A stretch of 64,000 nucleotides of DNA from Somniosus microcephalus (taxonomy: Eukaryota): positions 24,738,001-24,802,000 of the forward strand of contig CM126221.1 of NCBI GenBank assembly GCA_052327205.1, given 5' to 3'. Under the pieces are notes generated by a model. That model saw nothing but the letters and a program-made list of their open reading frames with translations. It was not told the DNA's origin and ran no database searches. The position numbers were made by a program, and so were the translations under genes. Positions 12,476 to 24,700 of the stretch are shown piece after piece; the stretch's first letter is position 1, and each line of letters starts with the position of its first letter.

Positions 12476-14084
12476 GTAAATATATCCCAACCCCTCACAT
12501 CAAAGCCCATTTCTGTGCCGGGCATGAGGAGGGTATTAATGTGACTGGCCTGATACTGGAAGAGTTTCACACTTTACTCTATCAGATTAATACCTCCTCA
12601 AAAAAAAACGCTGGAAAATGCTAGAAATGCACAGCAGGTCGATGAGCATCTTCCTTGAGCTCCCACCCAAAGCGATAACCTATTTTTTCTGGTCCCAGCT
12701 GCTGATCAACCTCTTGTTTTCATGTTGGAGGAGCTGCTGAACCTGACGGTGGGGCTGTTAGAAATTGCTGGAGTCAGTGTTTGCTCGGCCCTCTGTCCTG
12801 AGGGGGATATTAATATAACTTACTGTACAATGTTTAAGGCGATTCACCGGATTGAAAAGCTAGGCACTTGGCTGACAGATGAAATCTCACACAGCCGGCA
12901 ATGCAATATTTGAAGCAGATAATTGTGTTACCTTCAGTGTGTTGTTTCAGAATTCCTTGTTTTTTTTTCCCCCGTCATAAAGGATGAAGATTGGCATTGA
13001 AGTTTTTTCACTAATTTGTCTGGTGCTGTAATTTAATGAATTGCAATTTTGGTTCGTTCAGAATCTAACTGAGCTATTACAAGCAAGCAATTCAAAACCC
13101 TATAGTGACACAGCAAGGCGCCTCTCAACTTGTGAAAACAGTTTAAGCCTTTCTGTCTGCAGAATTTGGTTAACTCTTCCAAAAATAGCTCTTTCAAAGA
13201 GCCAGCACAGGCATGATGAGCCGAATGACCACCACCTGTGCTGTATCATTCTATGATTCTAATGCTGCAGCTTTTCACGAGAGATCCCAGCATTCCAAGA
13301 TTGGCAGGCAGGGGAGAAAAACGTATCGTGGGAGGTTTACGCCAGATGGGTCGTGCATCAGTGAATGAATCTGCTGTTAATACCCGTGGTGGAGTGACTC
13401 CAAAGTTACATCAGCGTACAGCTGAATTTGAGTAATTCTGAAGCTTTAGGGGAGAGACACTATGGTTGAATTGTCATACGTCAACAAATGCATCATTATG
13501 AGGTAAAGCACAATGGAGTTGACCTGATGATGTTCTCTCCTACTTTCTCCCGTGGGAGCCACTGTTCTCCTCTTGATTGATGCCAAGTAGGGGATCCTTC
13601 CACAAATAAAATCTGGCTGCACTGCCACAAACACCGCTAAACAGACCAGGCGGGCCCAGGGTCGGTGCCCAGCTTCTGGTGTTAGCTGATCTTAGCCAGG
13701 GTATAAGTTGGAGCTGTATAATTACATTCACTGCGACAAGGCTAGGGAGGGAAGGGGAAAGAATTGGCCAGAGGCCCTGTTCTTGTTGCAAAGGAACGTG
13801 GGTGGACATATGCGAACCAGATTAACCTGCTGATAGTCTTTATCTAGGCTCAGACAGGAGGAACGATCACTTGGGCAAAATAGCAGATAGTGACTTCAGC
13901 CTGTGAAACCTGTAAGAGTCATTACAGAGATGAAAGGAGAATTGGCAAATAGTCATGCTACAGCTAACTATTGGACTCGGGAATCAGAAGTACAATTTCA
14001 AAATTTGTGGGCGACACCAAATTGGTGGGGGTGGGCGGTATGGACCAAATGGCCCGTGTCTGTGCTGTGCATTCTATGTAGCTA

Positions 14085-14655
14085 TATAAAGCTCTGGTTA
14101 GGCCCCATCTGGAATACTGCGTTCAGTTCTGGGCATCGCACCTCAAAGGATATGTTGGCCTTGGAGGGGGCGCAGTGCAGATTCACCAGAATGATACCTG
14201 GTCTCAAAGGGTTAAATTATGAGGACAGGTTGATGACTGGGTTTGTATCCCTTTGAGTATAGAAGATTAAGGGATGATATAATTGGGGTGCTTAAGATGG
14301 TTAAAGGCGTTGATAGGGTAGATAGAGAGAAACTATTTCCTCTGGTGGGGGTGTCCAGAACAAAGGGGGCATAACCTTAAAATTAGAGCTAGGCCGTTCA
14401 GGGGTGATGTCGGAAAGCACTTCTTCACATAAAGGGTAGTGGAAATCTGGAACTCTCTTCCCCCAGAAAGCTGTTGAGACTGGGGGTCAATTGAAAGTTT
14501 CAAAACTGAGATTGATAGATTTTTGTTAGGCAAGGGTATTGAAGGTTACAGAACCAAGGCGGGTAGATGGAGTTAAGATACAGATCAGCCATGATCTAAT
14601 TGAATTGCGAAACAGGCTCGAAGGGCTGAATGGCTGATTCCTGTTCCTATGTTCG
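14085..14655 (+). mobile_element. CR1 LINE 3' fragment
   Basis: ALEGAQCRFTRMIPGLKGLNYEDRL motif plus CR1 3' UTR. Confidence 0.85.
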
Positions 14656-14785
14656 TTTAAAAAAAAAAAGTGCCTCCAAATGGGTGCAAGAAGCATTGAT
14701 AATTTTTAGGGGTAATTTGCTTCTTAAGCTGGTTGTAGCTGGTTTAAATCTACATGACGTGAACTTTGAATCCCATCTGTTTCAG

Positions 14786-14841
14786 GCATTGTGGGTACAG
14801 CAAGGCCAGTCAAGATGGAGACGAGGAGCTTTATTTCCACT
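14786..14841 (+). CDS. EPHA10: EphA receptor juxtamembrane exon (exon 9 equivalent)
   Basis: ttcag acceptor and gtaagt donor. 56 bp, phase 2 to 1, in frame with the previous exon. Encodes (R)HCGYSKASQDGDEELYFH, compared with EphA7 RHCGYSKADQEGDEELYFH. Confidence 0.93.
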
Positions 14842-15471
14842 GTAAGTACCATCCGCAGGCTAACAGAGATGCACAGGCTAAGTTTCACAACCTTGTACTA
14901 ACATAATATTGTTTTAATAATGTGCTTCCAGGAGTGGAATTGTTTGTGTGGTTGTGGATACAATTGCTCCTTCTGAAGCATGTTATCCTGGTGAGTTTGT
15001 AATGGAGCTCTCCAGAGATGGTAGAATTGACAACTTCATATCCCTAGTAGTTGTGCTTCCTGCTCACGGGAAGAGTGTTCATACATCTAAAAGAGATGGA
15101 TGCTGCAGGCAAGCCAGGCCATGAATTATTCTGTTGAGTCTTTTTTATACTCGATCACCACAATCTTTAGATATTTGATGCTGTTTGCTGTGATCGAAAG
15201 CTTGCTTTCTTTTTTTTCAAATCAGTGAATTTGTAGTTGTAAACCCCGTGAATTAAAAAAAAAATCACATTTATGGGATTATATTTTTAGCTTGGTGTAA
15301 ACCACAGTTATTTCACTGTCGTAGTGAAGAATGGACGGTTCCATGATTGCCTGCTAAAAGCAGGTTCTGTCAGCGTTCCTTCCCCAATCCCTTCTCTCTA
15401 GCTTGAAGACGTACATCCAGATAAGATTGCAGAATTTGATGGCCCTCGTGCAACACCGTGTCAAAAATATT

Positions 15472-16042
15472 TTACATAGAATTACATAAATTGCAGCAGC
15501 GATGCAGGCCATTCGGCCGATGTTTAAGGCCATACGGCCTACTCCTGCTCCTAATTCTTCTGTTCTTATGCTCCACACGAGCCTCCTCCCACCCCATTTC
15601 ATCTCACCCTATCAGCATATCCTTCGATTCTTTTCTCCTTCATGTACCTTTCTAGATTCCCCTTAATGCCTCAGCCACTCCTTATGGTAGCGAGTTCCAC
15701 ATTCTAACCACTCCCTCGGTAAAGAAGTTTCCCCTGAGATCCCTATTGGATTTATTAGTGACTCTTATATTTATGGCCTTTAGTTTTGGTCTCCCCCACA
15801 AGTGGAAACATCTCCGCTACGTCTGCTTTATCAATCTCTTTCATAATCTTAAAGACCTCTATCAATTCACCCCCTCAGCCTTCTCTTTTGTAGAGAAAAG
15901 AGCCCCAGCCTGTTCAATCTTTCCTGAAAGATATGAATAACCTCTCTGTTCTGGTAAATCTTCCTTGTAAATCTTTTTTTCACCTTCTTCCATGCCCCTA
16001 TATCCTTTTTATAATATGGAGACCAGATCTATGCTCAGTACT
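15472..16042 (-). mobile_element. Degraded CR1 3' fragment
   Basis: Reverse-complement CR1 tail (AGGCCATTCGGCC) and ORF2 C-terminal remnants. Confidence 0.7.
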
Positions 16043-16589
16043 GAGATTACTGAGACTTCTGATCGATCACCTGAAGCACCATATCGAACCTAGTCATCTC
16101 CCCAGCCAGGTTCCTAAGAAGAAATCCAGAGTAATTGTTAACGGTCTATCAGCTTTGTCCTGATGGTCTAGCTAATGAAGTTTCAAAGAACCCAAGAAGG
16201 CCCAAGTAAGAAACCTAGACAACCCATCTAAATCCATATCTAAACCAATTCAGAATTGGAAAGAAAAATCACCAGATATTTTTAAAATCCTGCTGGAAGA
16301 AGTAAATCGCAAAGAGCCCATTTTTATAAACACAGAACCACAGACGTCTACAGCAAGGAAGGAGGCCATTCAGTCCATAGCGCTTGTGCAGGCTCTTTGC
16401 TGCTAGAGCAGTTCAAAACTAATCGCACTGGCCCATTCTCTCTCCATAGCCCTGGAACCAAGAATAAAGGGTGTCAAAAATAAGGGAGTAAAGCTGAGTC
16501 AGAAACAATGGATAACCATTGTCGTGAAAGAACAGACCATCATTCTATTCTGCCGAAAATTGAAGCCAAGAGAGAAGGAAAAAAGAGAC

Positions 16590-16975
16590 ATGAAAGGTTT
16601 TAACCTTGTACGCCACGTGGAAATGGGGTACAGGGCGAATTTAAGTCAGGGAAGTGATCTCTGATACCGCTGCCATCCCGTGCGACATCGTTTTAACCTA
16701 CTGTTTTTAGCCGGCGCATGAGACACTTGCTGGAATGCCGCTGGGCCCTGCTTTAAATATGCAGATCAGGCTCTGATGATGTCATCAGGCCCGACTGCAA
16801 TTTTTACCCGAGGCCTGAGTGGGGCAGCCGTCGTGGGTTCCCTGCAAGGCCAATGGGGCAGCAAGCAGATCCGGGGCTAGAAGAGGCCCAGAAAAGTAAG
16901 TTATTTAATATTTCATATGTGGGCCCGGAGGAGTAGAGTGCTCCTTCAGGCCCCACAGGGAATCCTTGGGCCTGT
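16590..16975. mobile_element. Probable non-autonomous DNA transposon fragment
   Basis: GC/CpG-rich non-coding block cut off by the LINE at 16980. No paired TIR seen. Confidence 0.35.
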
Positions 16976-16980
16976 TTTGC

Positions 16981-17720
16981 TTTTTTTTTTATTCGTTCAT
17001 GGGATGTGGGCGTCGCTGGCAAGGCCAGCATTTATTACCCATCCCTAATTGCCCTTGAGAAGGTAGTGATGAGCCACCTTCCTGAACCGCTGCAGTCCAT
17101 GTGGTGATGGTACTCCCACAGTGCTGTTAGTGATGGAGTTCCAGGATTTTGACCCAGCGATGATGAAGGAATGTCAATTTACTTCCAAGTCAGGATGGTG
17201 TGTGACTTGGAGGGGAACTTGGAGGTGGTGGTGTTCCCATGCGCCTGCTGCCCTTGTCCTTCTAGGTGGAAGAGGTCGCGGGTTTGGAAGGTGCTGCCGA
17301 AGAAGCCTTGGTGAGTTGCTGTAGTGCATCTTGTAGATGGTACACACTGCAGCCACGGTACGCCGGTGGAGGGAGTGAATGTTTAAGGTGGTGGATGGGG
17401 TGCCAATCAAGCGGGCTGCTTTGTCTTGGATGATATCGAGCTTCTTGAGTGTTGTTGGAGCTGCACTCATCCAGGCAAGTGGAGAGTATTCCATCACACT
17501 CCTGACTTGTGCCTTGTAGTTGGTGGAAAGGCTTTGGGGAGTCAGGAGGTGAGACACTCGCTGCAGAATACCTAGCCTCTGACCTGCTCTTGTTGCCACA
17601 GTATTTATGTGGCTGGTCCTGTTAAGTTTCTGGTCAATGATGACCCCCCAGGATGTTGGTGGTGGGGGATTCAGCGACGGTAATGCCGTTGAATGTCAGG
17701 TGGTTAGACGCTCGCTTGTT
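16981..17720 (-). mobile_element. CR1-group (Zenon/Crack-like) LINE 3' fragment
   Basis: ORF 17174-17599: YKAQVRSVMEYSPLAW...LDIIQDKAARLIG. A-rich tail at 16981. The same tail recurs at 52310-52400 and 62708-62800. Confidence 0.8.
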
Positions 17721-17890
17721 CGGTCATCCCTTCCACACCTGTGCAGAATGTTTCCAGTAGTTGAGCGGTCATGAACAAGGGGCCATGGATACAAGATTAA
17801 ATGTGAGAAATTTAGGACAGAGGGCAACAGAAAACCTCTTTACGCAGGTAATTGTGGAGCCGTACAATTAACTTCCCGGGTTAGTGTTTC

Positions 17891-18236
17891 ACAGAATCAC
17901 AGAAACCCTACAGTGCAGATAGAGGCCATTTCGGCCCATCGAGCCTACACCGACACATATCCCACCCGATCCCTGTAACACCAACACATATCCCACCCTA
18001 TCCCCGTAACCCCACGTATTTAATCCCCCTAACACTAAGGGTCAATTTATCATAGCCAATCAACCTAACCCGCACATCTTTGGACTGTGGGAGGAAACCG
18101 GAGCACCCGGAGGAAACCCACGCAAACACGGGGAGAATGTGCAAACTCCACACAGACAGTCACCCGAGGCCAGATTTGAACCCGGGTCCCTGGCGCTGTG
18201 AGGCAACAGTGCTAACCACTATGCCACCGTGCTGCC
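17891..18236 (-). mobile_element. HE1-like V-SINE
   Basis: tRNA head GGCAGCACGGTGGCATAGTGGTTAGC, V domain TGTGGAGTTTGCACATTCTCCCCGTG and CR1-derived tail. Inserted in an old CR1 3' fragment. Confidence 0.9.
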
Positions 18237-18855
18237 TCGAAACTGTGCCAACATTCAAGATGAGATTGGATGGATGGTGAAAGGATCTGGGAATAAGATG
18301 GGTGTGTGATTAAAAGTATTTGCTCATGTGGAGGGTAAATGTCGGCACGGACTGTTTGGACCAAATGGCCAGTTTCCGCATCGTAATTTCAATGTTTTAA
18401 CAGCTCATGAGGCTGAGGAAAACCCGTGGCTTCACTGCTGTTGGAACAACGTGGGTCCAGTCATTTATATTTAAGTGGAGCTGATGGCGAGACGATTATC
18501 CATTTGCCTTTGGTTGCCGTCTTCTGGTGTAAGTGCAGATAAAAATAATGGCAGCAGTGTAAAAAATACATACAGGAGCTAAGGTATGAATTCTACATGA
18601 TCCAACTGGGAAAGCAATCTATTGCACTTTTTTTGATAACAGGGCCACAGTGACCTGGCATAAGATTTTACAGAGTGTTTATTGATCACCAGCTCAGCAA
18701 TATAGATTTGGCTTTACAGGCCAAGATGCCTGTGAGAAGCAATAGAGAAGTAAAGGTATTAGAGGAGCTGTCTGATTCTGTTGCAAGTAAGTAGTCCGGC
18801 TGATCCTAACGTACATACTGAGAGACTAACGAGAGACATTGCAAACTAACCTGAA

Positions 18856-21775
18856 ATAGAGTCATAGTCATAGAGTTATACAGCACAGAAAGAAGCCCTT
18901 CGGCCCATCGTGTCCGCGCCGGCCATCAAGCCCTGTCTATTCTAATCCTACTTTCCAGCACTTGGTCCCTAGCCTTGTATGCTATGGCATTTCAAGTGCT
19001 CATCTAAATGCTTCTTGAATGTTGTGAGGGTTCCTGCCTCTACCACCCTTTCAGGCAGTGAGTTCCAGATTCCAACCACCCTCTGGGTGAAAAAGTTTTT
19101 CCTCAAATCCCTCTAAACCTCCTGCCCCTTACCTTGAAACTATGGCCCTGGTTATTGACCCCTCCACTAAGGGGAAAAGTTCCTTTCTATCTACCCTATC
19201 TATGCCCCTCATAATTTTGTACACCTCAATCAGGTCCCCCCTCAGCCTTCTCTGCTCTAAGGAAAACAACCCCAGCCTGTCCAGTCTCTCGTCATAGCTG
19301 AAGTGCTCCAGCCCAGGTAATATCCTGGTGAATCTCCTCTGCACCCTCTCCAATGCAATCACATCCTTCCTATAATGTGGCGACCAGAACTGCACACAGT
19401 ATTCCAGCTGTGGCCTAACTAGGGCTTTGTACAGCTCCATCATAACCTCCCTGCTCTTATATTCTATGCCTCGGCTAATGAAGGCAAGTATCCCATATGC
19501 CTTTTTAACCACCTTATCTACCTGTCCTGCTGCCTTCAGGGATCTATGTACATGCACACCAAGGTCTCTCTGATCCTCTGTCCTTCCTAGGGTCCTACCA
19601 TTCATTGTGTATTCCCTTGCCTTGTTAGTCCTCCCAAAATGCATCACCTCACACTTTTCAGGGTTAAATTCCATTTGCCACTGTTCTGCCCATCTGACCA
19701 ACCCGTCTATATCATCCTGTAGCCTGAGGCTTCCCTCCTCACTATTTACCACTCCACCAATTTTCATGTCATCTGCGAACTTACTGATCATACCTCCTAC
19801 ATTCATATCTAAATCATTAATGTACACTACAAATAGCAAGGGACCCAGCACTGATCCCTGCGGTACACCACTGGACACAGGCTTCCAGTCACAAAAACAA
19901 CCTTCGACCATCACCCTCTGCCTCCTGCTGCTAAGCCAATTTTGGATCCAATGTGCCAAGTTAGCCCTGGATCCCATGAGCTCTTACCTTCTTTACCAGT
20001 CTCCCATGCAGGACTTTGTCAAAAGCCTTACTGAAGTCCATGTAGACTACATCAACCGCGCTACCCTCATCCACATCCCTAGTCACCCCCTCGAAAAATT
20101 CAATCAAATTGGTTAGACATGATCTCCCCCTGACAAAGCCATGCTGACTATCCTTGATTAATCCTTGCCTTTCCAAGTGAAGACTAATTGTGTCCCAGAA
20201 TTTTTTCCAATAATTTCCCTACCACTGATGGGCTCACTGGCCTGTAATTCTCTGGTTTATCCCTACTACCCTTCTTGAATAATGGTACTACGTTAGCTGT
20301 CCTCCAGTCCTCTGGCACCTCTCCTGTGGCCAGAGAGGTTCTGAAAATTTGTGTCAGAGCCCCTGCAATCTCCTCCCTTGCCTCACACAGCAGCCTGGGA
20401 TACATCTCGTCTGGGCCTGGGGATTTATCCACTTTTAAGCCCGCTAAAACCACTAGTACCTCCTCCCTCTCAATGCTAATTTGTTCAAGTATATCGCAAT
20501 CCCCCTGCCTGATTTCTATGCCTACATCGTCCTTCTCCATAGTGAACACAGAGGCAAAATATTCATTTAAAACCGCACCCACATCTTCCGGCTCTACACA
20601 CAGAATGCCACTTTGGTCCCTAATGGGCCCTACTCTTTCTCTGGTTATCCTCTTGCCCTTAATATACTTATAAAACACCTTGAGATTTTCCTTTATTTTG
20701 CCCGCCAGTGTTTTTTCATGCCCCCTCTTCACTCTCCTAATTTCTTTTTTAAGTACCACCTGCACTTTCTATACTCTAGTGCCTCCACTGTTTTTAGTCC
20801 TTTGTATCTGCCAAAAGCCTCCCTTTTTTTTCTAATCCATTCTTGTATATCCCTTGACATCCAGGGTTCCCTGGACTTGTTGGTCCCACCCTTGACCTTT
20901 ACGGGAACATGTTGGCGCTGTACTCTCTCTCTTTTCTTTCTGAAAGACTCCCATTGCTCCGATGTGGATTTTCCTACAAGTAGCTGATCCCAGTCCACTT
21001 TGGCCAGATCCTGCCTTATCATATTAAAATTGGCCTTCCCCCAATTTAGAACCTTTATTTCTGGTCCATCTTTGTCCTTTTCCTTGACTACCTTAAATCT
21101 CACCGAATTATGGTCACTGTCACCAAAATGCTCTCCTACTGACACTTCTACCACTTGCCCGGCTACATTCCCTAGAATTAGGTCCAGTACTGCCCCCTCT
21201 CTTGTAGGACTTTCTACATGCTGGCTCAAAAAGCTCTCCTGCAGCCGTTCAGTGACATCCTTGACCCTGGCACCAGGGAGGCAACATACCATCCTGGAGT
21301 CACATCTGCAGTCACAGAAACGCCTGTCTGCACCCCTCACTATTGAGTCTCCTACCACTATTGCCCTTCCACTCTTACTCCTCCCCCCTTGTGCAGCTGA
21401 GCCACCCACAGTGCCGTGAACTTGGCTCTGGCTGCACTCCCCAGAGGAACCGTCACTTTCACCGTTTTCCAACACAGAAAAACAGTTGTTGAGTGAGATG
21501 CACTCTGGGGCTTTCCTGACTTCCTGCCGGACCCCCTTCTTCTGACTGGTGGTTTCCCATTCCCTCTCTGACTGCACTTTCTTAAGCTGCAGGGTGAACA
21601 CATCTAAAAACATGCTATCCACGTAACTCTCAGCCTCGCGGATACACTGCAGTGCCCCCAGCTGACGCTCGATCTCCGAAAAGTGGATCTCAAGTTGGCC
21701 AAACATTGGCCCTTACTGCACATGTGGTCATCCTGACTGCAAGAAGCGTCTAGGAATTCCCACATGCTGCATGCC
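18856..21775 (-). mobile_element. CR1 LINE with ORF1 remnant and an internal deletion
   Basis: RT motifs GVPQGSVLGP, KFADD and KSPGPD. ORF1 has the SGNH esterase start IVVGDSIVRG fused to late endonuclease PTREGAVLDL/DSDH. Tail repeats at 18856. Confidence 0.93.
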
Positions 21776-21776
21776 G

Positions 21777-24700
21777 TGTTTACTCACAGAATCTCCCGCC
21801 CTGTTTACTCACAGAATCTCCCGTTCTTTATACTCACAGAATCTCCCGCTCTATTAACTCACAGAATCGCCCACTGTTTACTCAGAATCGCCCACTGTTT
21901 GCTCACAGAATCTCCCGCTCTGTTTACTCTCAGAATCTCCCGCCCTGTTTACTCACAGTATCTCCCGCTCTGTTTACTCTCAGAATCTCCCGCTTTGTTT
22001 ACTCTCAGAATCTCCCGCTCTGTTTACTCACAGAATCTCCCGCTCTGTTTACTCACAGAATCTCCCGCTCTGTTTACTCACAGAATCTCCCGCTCTGTTT
22101 ACTCACAGAATCTCCCGCTCTGTTTACTCACAGAATCTCCCGCTCTGTTTACTCACAGAATCTCCCGCTCTGTTTACTCACAGAATCGCCCGCCCTGTTT
22201 ACTCACAGAATCTCCCGCTCTGATTACTCTCAGAATCTCCCGTCCTGTTTACTCACAGAATCTCCTGCCCTGTTTACTCACAGAATCGTCCGCTCTGTTT
22301 ACTCACAGAATCTCCCGCCCTGTTTACTCACAGAATCGTCCGCTCTGTTTACTCAGAATCGCCCACCCTGTTTACTCACAGAATCGCCCACCCTGTTTAC
22401 TCACAGAATCGCCCACCCTGTTTACTCACAGAATCTCTCGCCCTGTTTACTCACAGAATCGCCTGCCCTGTTTACTCACAGAATCGCCCGCCCTGTTTAC
22501 TCACAGAATCGCCCGCCCTGTTTACTCACAGAATCGCCCGCCCTGTTTACTCACAGAATCGCCCATTGTTTACTCACAGAATCGTCCACTGTTTACTCAC
22601 AGAATCTCCCACTCTGTTTACTCTCAGAATCTCCCGCTCTGTTTACTCACAGAATCTCCCGTTGTTTACTCACAGAACCTCCCGCTCGCTTTACTCACAG
22701 AATCTCCCGCTCTGTTTACTCACAGAATCGCCCGCCCTGATTACTCTCAGAATCTCCCGCTCTGTTTACTCACAGAATCTCCTGCCCTGTTTACTCACAG
22801 AATCTCTCGCCCTGTTTACTCACAGAATCTCTCGCCCTGTTTACTCACAGAATCGTCCGCTCTGTTTACTCAGAATCACCCGCCCTGTTTACTCACAGAA
22901 TCGTCTGCTCTGTTTACTCACAGAATCTCTCGCCCTGTTTACTCACAGAATCGCCCGCTCTGTTTACTCACAGAATCGGCCGCTCTGTTTACTCACAGAA
23001 TCGCCCACTGTTTACTCACAGAATCGTCCACTGTTTACTCACAGAATCGCCCACTGATTACTCACAGAATCTCCCGCCCTGTTTACTCACAGAATCTCCC
23101 GCTCTGTTTAAAACAGAATCTCCCGCTCTGTTTACTCACAGAATCTCCCGCCCTGTTTACTCACAGAATCTCCCGCCCTGTTTACTCACAGAATCTCCCG
23201 CTCTGTTTACTCACAGAATCTCCCGCTCTGTTTACTCACAGAATCTCCCGCTCTGTTTACTCACAGAATCGCCCGCCCTGTTTACTCACAGAATCTCCCG
23301 CCCTGATTACTCTCAGAATCTCCCGTCCTGTTTACTCACAGAATCTCTCGCCCTGTTTACTCACAGAATCTCTCGCCCTGTTTACTCACAGAATCGTCCG
23401 CTCTGTTTACTCACAGAATCTCCCGCCCTGTTTACTCACAGAATCGTCCGCTCTGTTTACTCAAAATCGCTCGCCCTGTTTACTCACAGAATCGCCCACC
23501 CTGTTTACTCACAGAATCGCCCACCCTGTTTACTCACAGAATCTCTCGCCCTGTTTACTCACAGAATCTCTCGCCCTGTTTACTCACAGAATCGCCCGCC
23601 CTGTTTACTCACAGAATCGCCCGCCCTGTTTACTCACAGAATCGCCCGCCCTGTTTACTCACAGAATCGCCCGCCCTGTTTACTCACAGAATCTCTCGCC
23701 CTGTTTACTCACAGAATCTCCCGCCCTGTTTACTCACAGAATCGCCCGCCCTGTTTACTCACAGAATCGCCCACTATTTACTCACAGAATCGTCCACTGT
23801 TTACTCACAGAATCTCCCACTCTGTTTACTCTCAGAATCTCCCGTTCTGTTTACTCACAGAATCTCCCGCTGTTTACTCACAGAATCTCCCGCTCGCTTT
23901 ACTCACAGAATCTCCCGCTCGGTTTACTCACAGAATCGCCCACTGTTTACTCACAGAATCGCCCGCTCTGTTTACTCACAGAATCGCCCACTGTTTACTC
24001 ACAGAACCTCCCGCTCTGTTTACTCACAGAATCGCCTGCTCTGTTTACTCACAGAATCGCCCACTGTTTACTCACAGAATCGTCCACTGTTTACTCACAG
24101 AATCGCCCGCTCTGTTTACTCACAGAATCGCCCACTGTTTACTCACAGAATCTCCCGCCCTGTTTACTCACAGAATCTCCCGCTCTGTTTACTCACAGAA
24201 TCTCCCGCTCTGTTTAAAACAGAATCTCCCGCTCTGTTTACTCACAGAATCTCCCGCTCTGTTTACTCACAGAATCTCCCGCTCTGTTTACTCACAGAAT
24301 CTCCCGCTCTGTTTACTCACAGAATCTCCCGCTCTGTTTACTCACAGAATCTCCCGCTCTGTTTACTCACAGAATCTCCCGCTCTGTTTACTCACAGAAT
24401 CGCCCGCCCTGTTTACTCACAGAATCTCCCGCTCTGATTACTCTCAGAATCTCCCGTCCTGTTTACTCACAGAATCTCCTGCCCTGTTTACTCACAGAAT
24501 CGTCCGCTCTGTTTACTCACAGAATCTCCCGCCCTGTTTACTCACAGAATCGTCCGCTCTGTTTACTCAGAATCGCCCACCCTGTTTACTCACAGAATCG
24601 CCCACCCTGTTTACTCACAGAATCGCCCACCCTGTTTACTCACAGAATCTCTCGCCCTGTTTACTCACAGAATCGCCCGCCCTGTTTACTCACAGAATCG

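Noticed and set aside
12308-12544. ORF-track calls overlapping the transmembrane exon
   Set aside because: Wrong frame or strand. The real reading is the spliced 109-bp exon.
21764-24217. 817-aa ORF and two 163-aa ORFs in the satellite
   Set aside because: The 25-bp unit has no stop codon in any + frame, so long ORFs arise automatically. No domain content.
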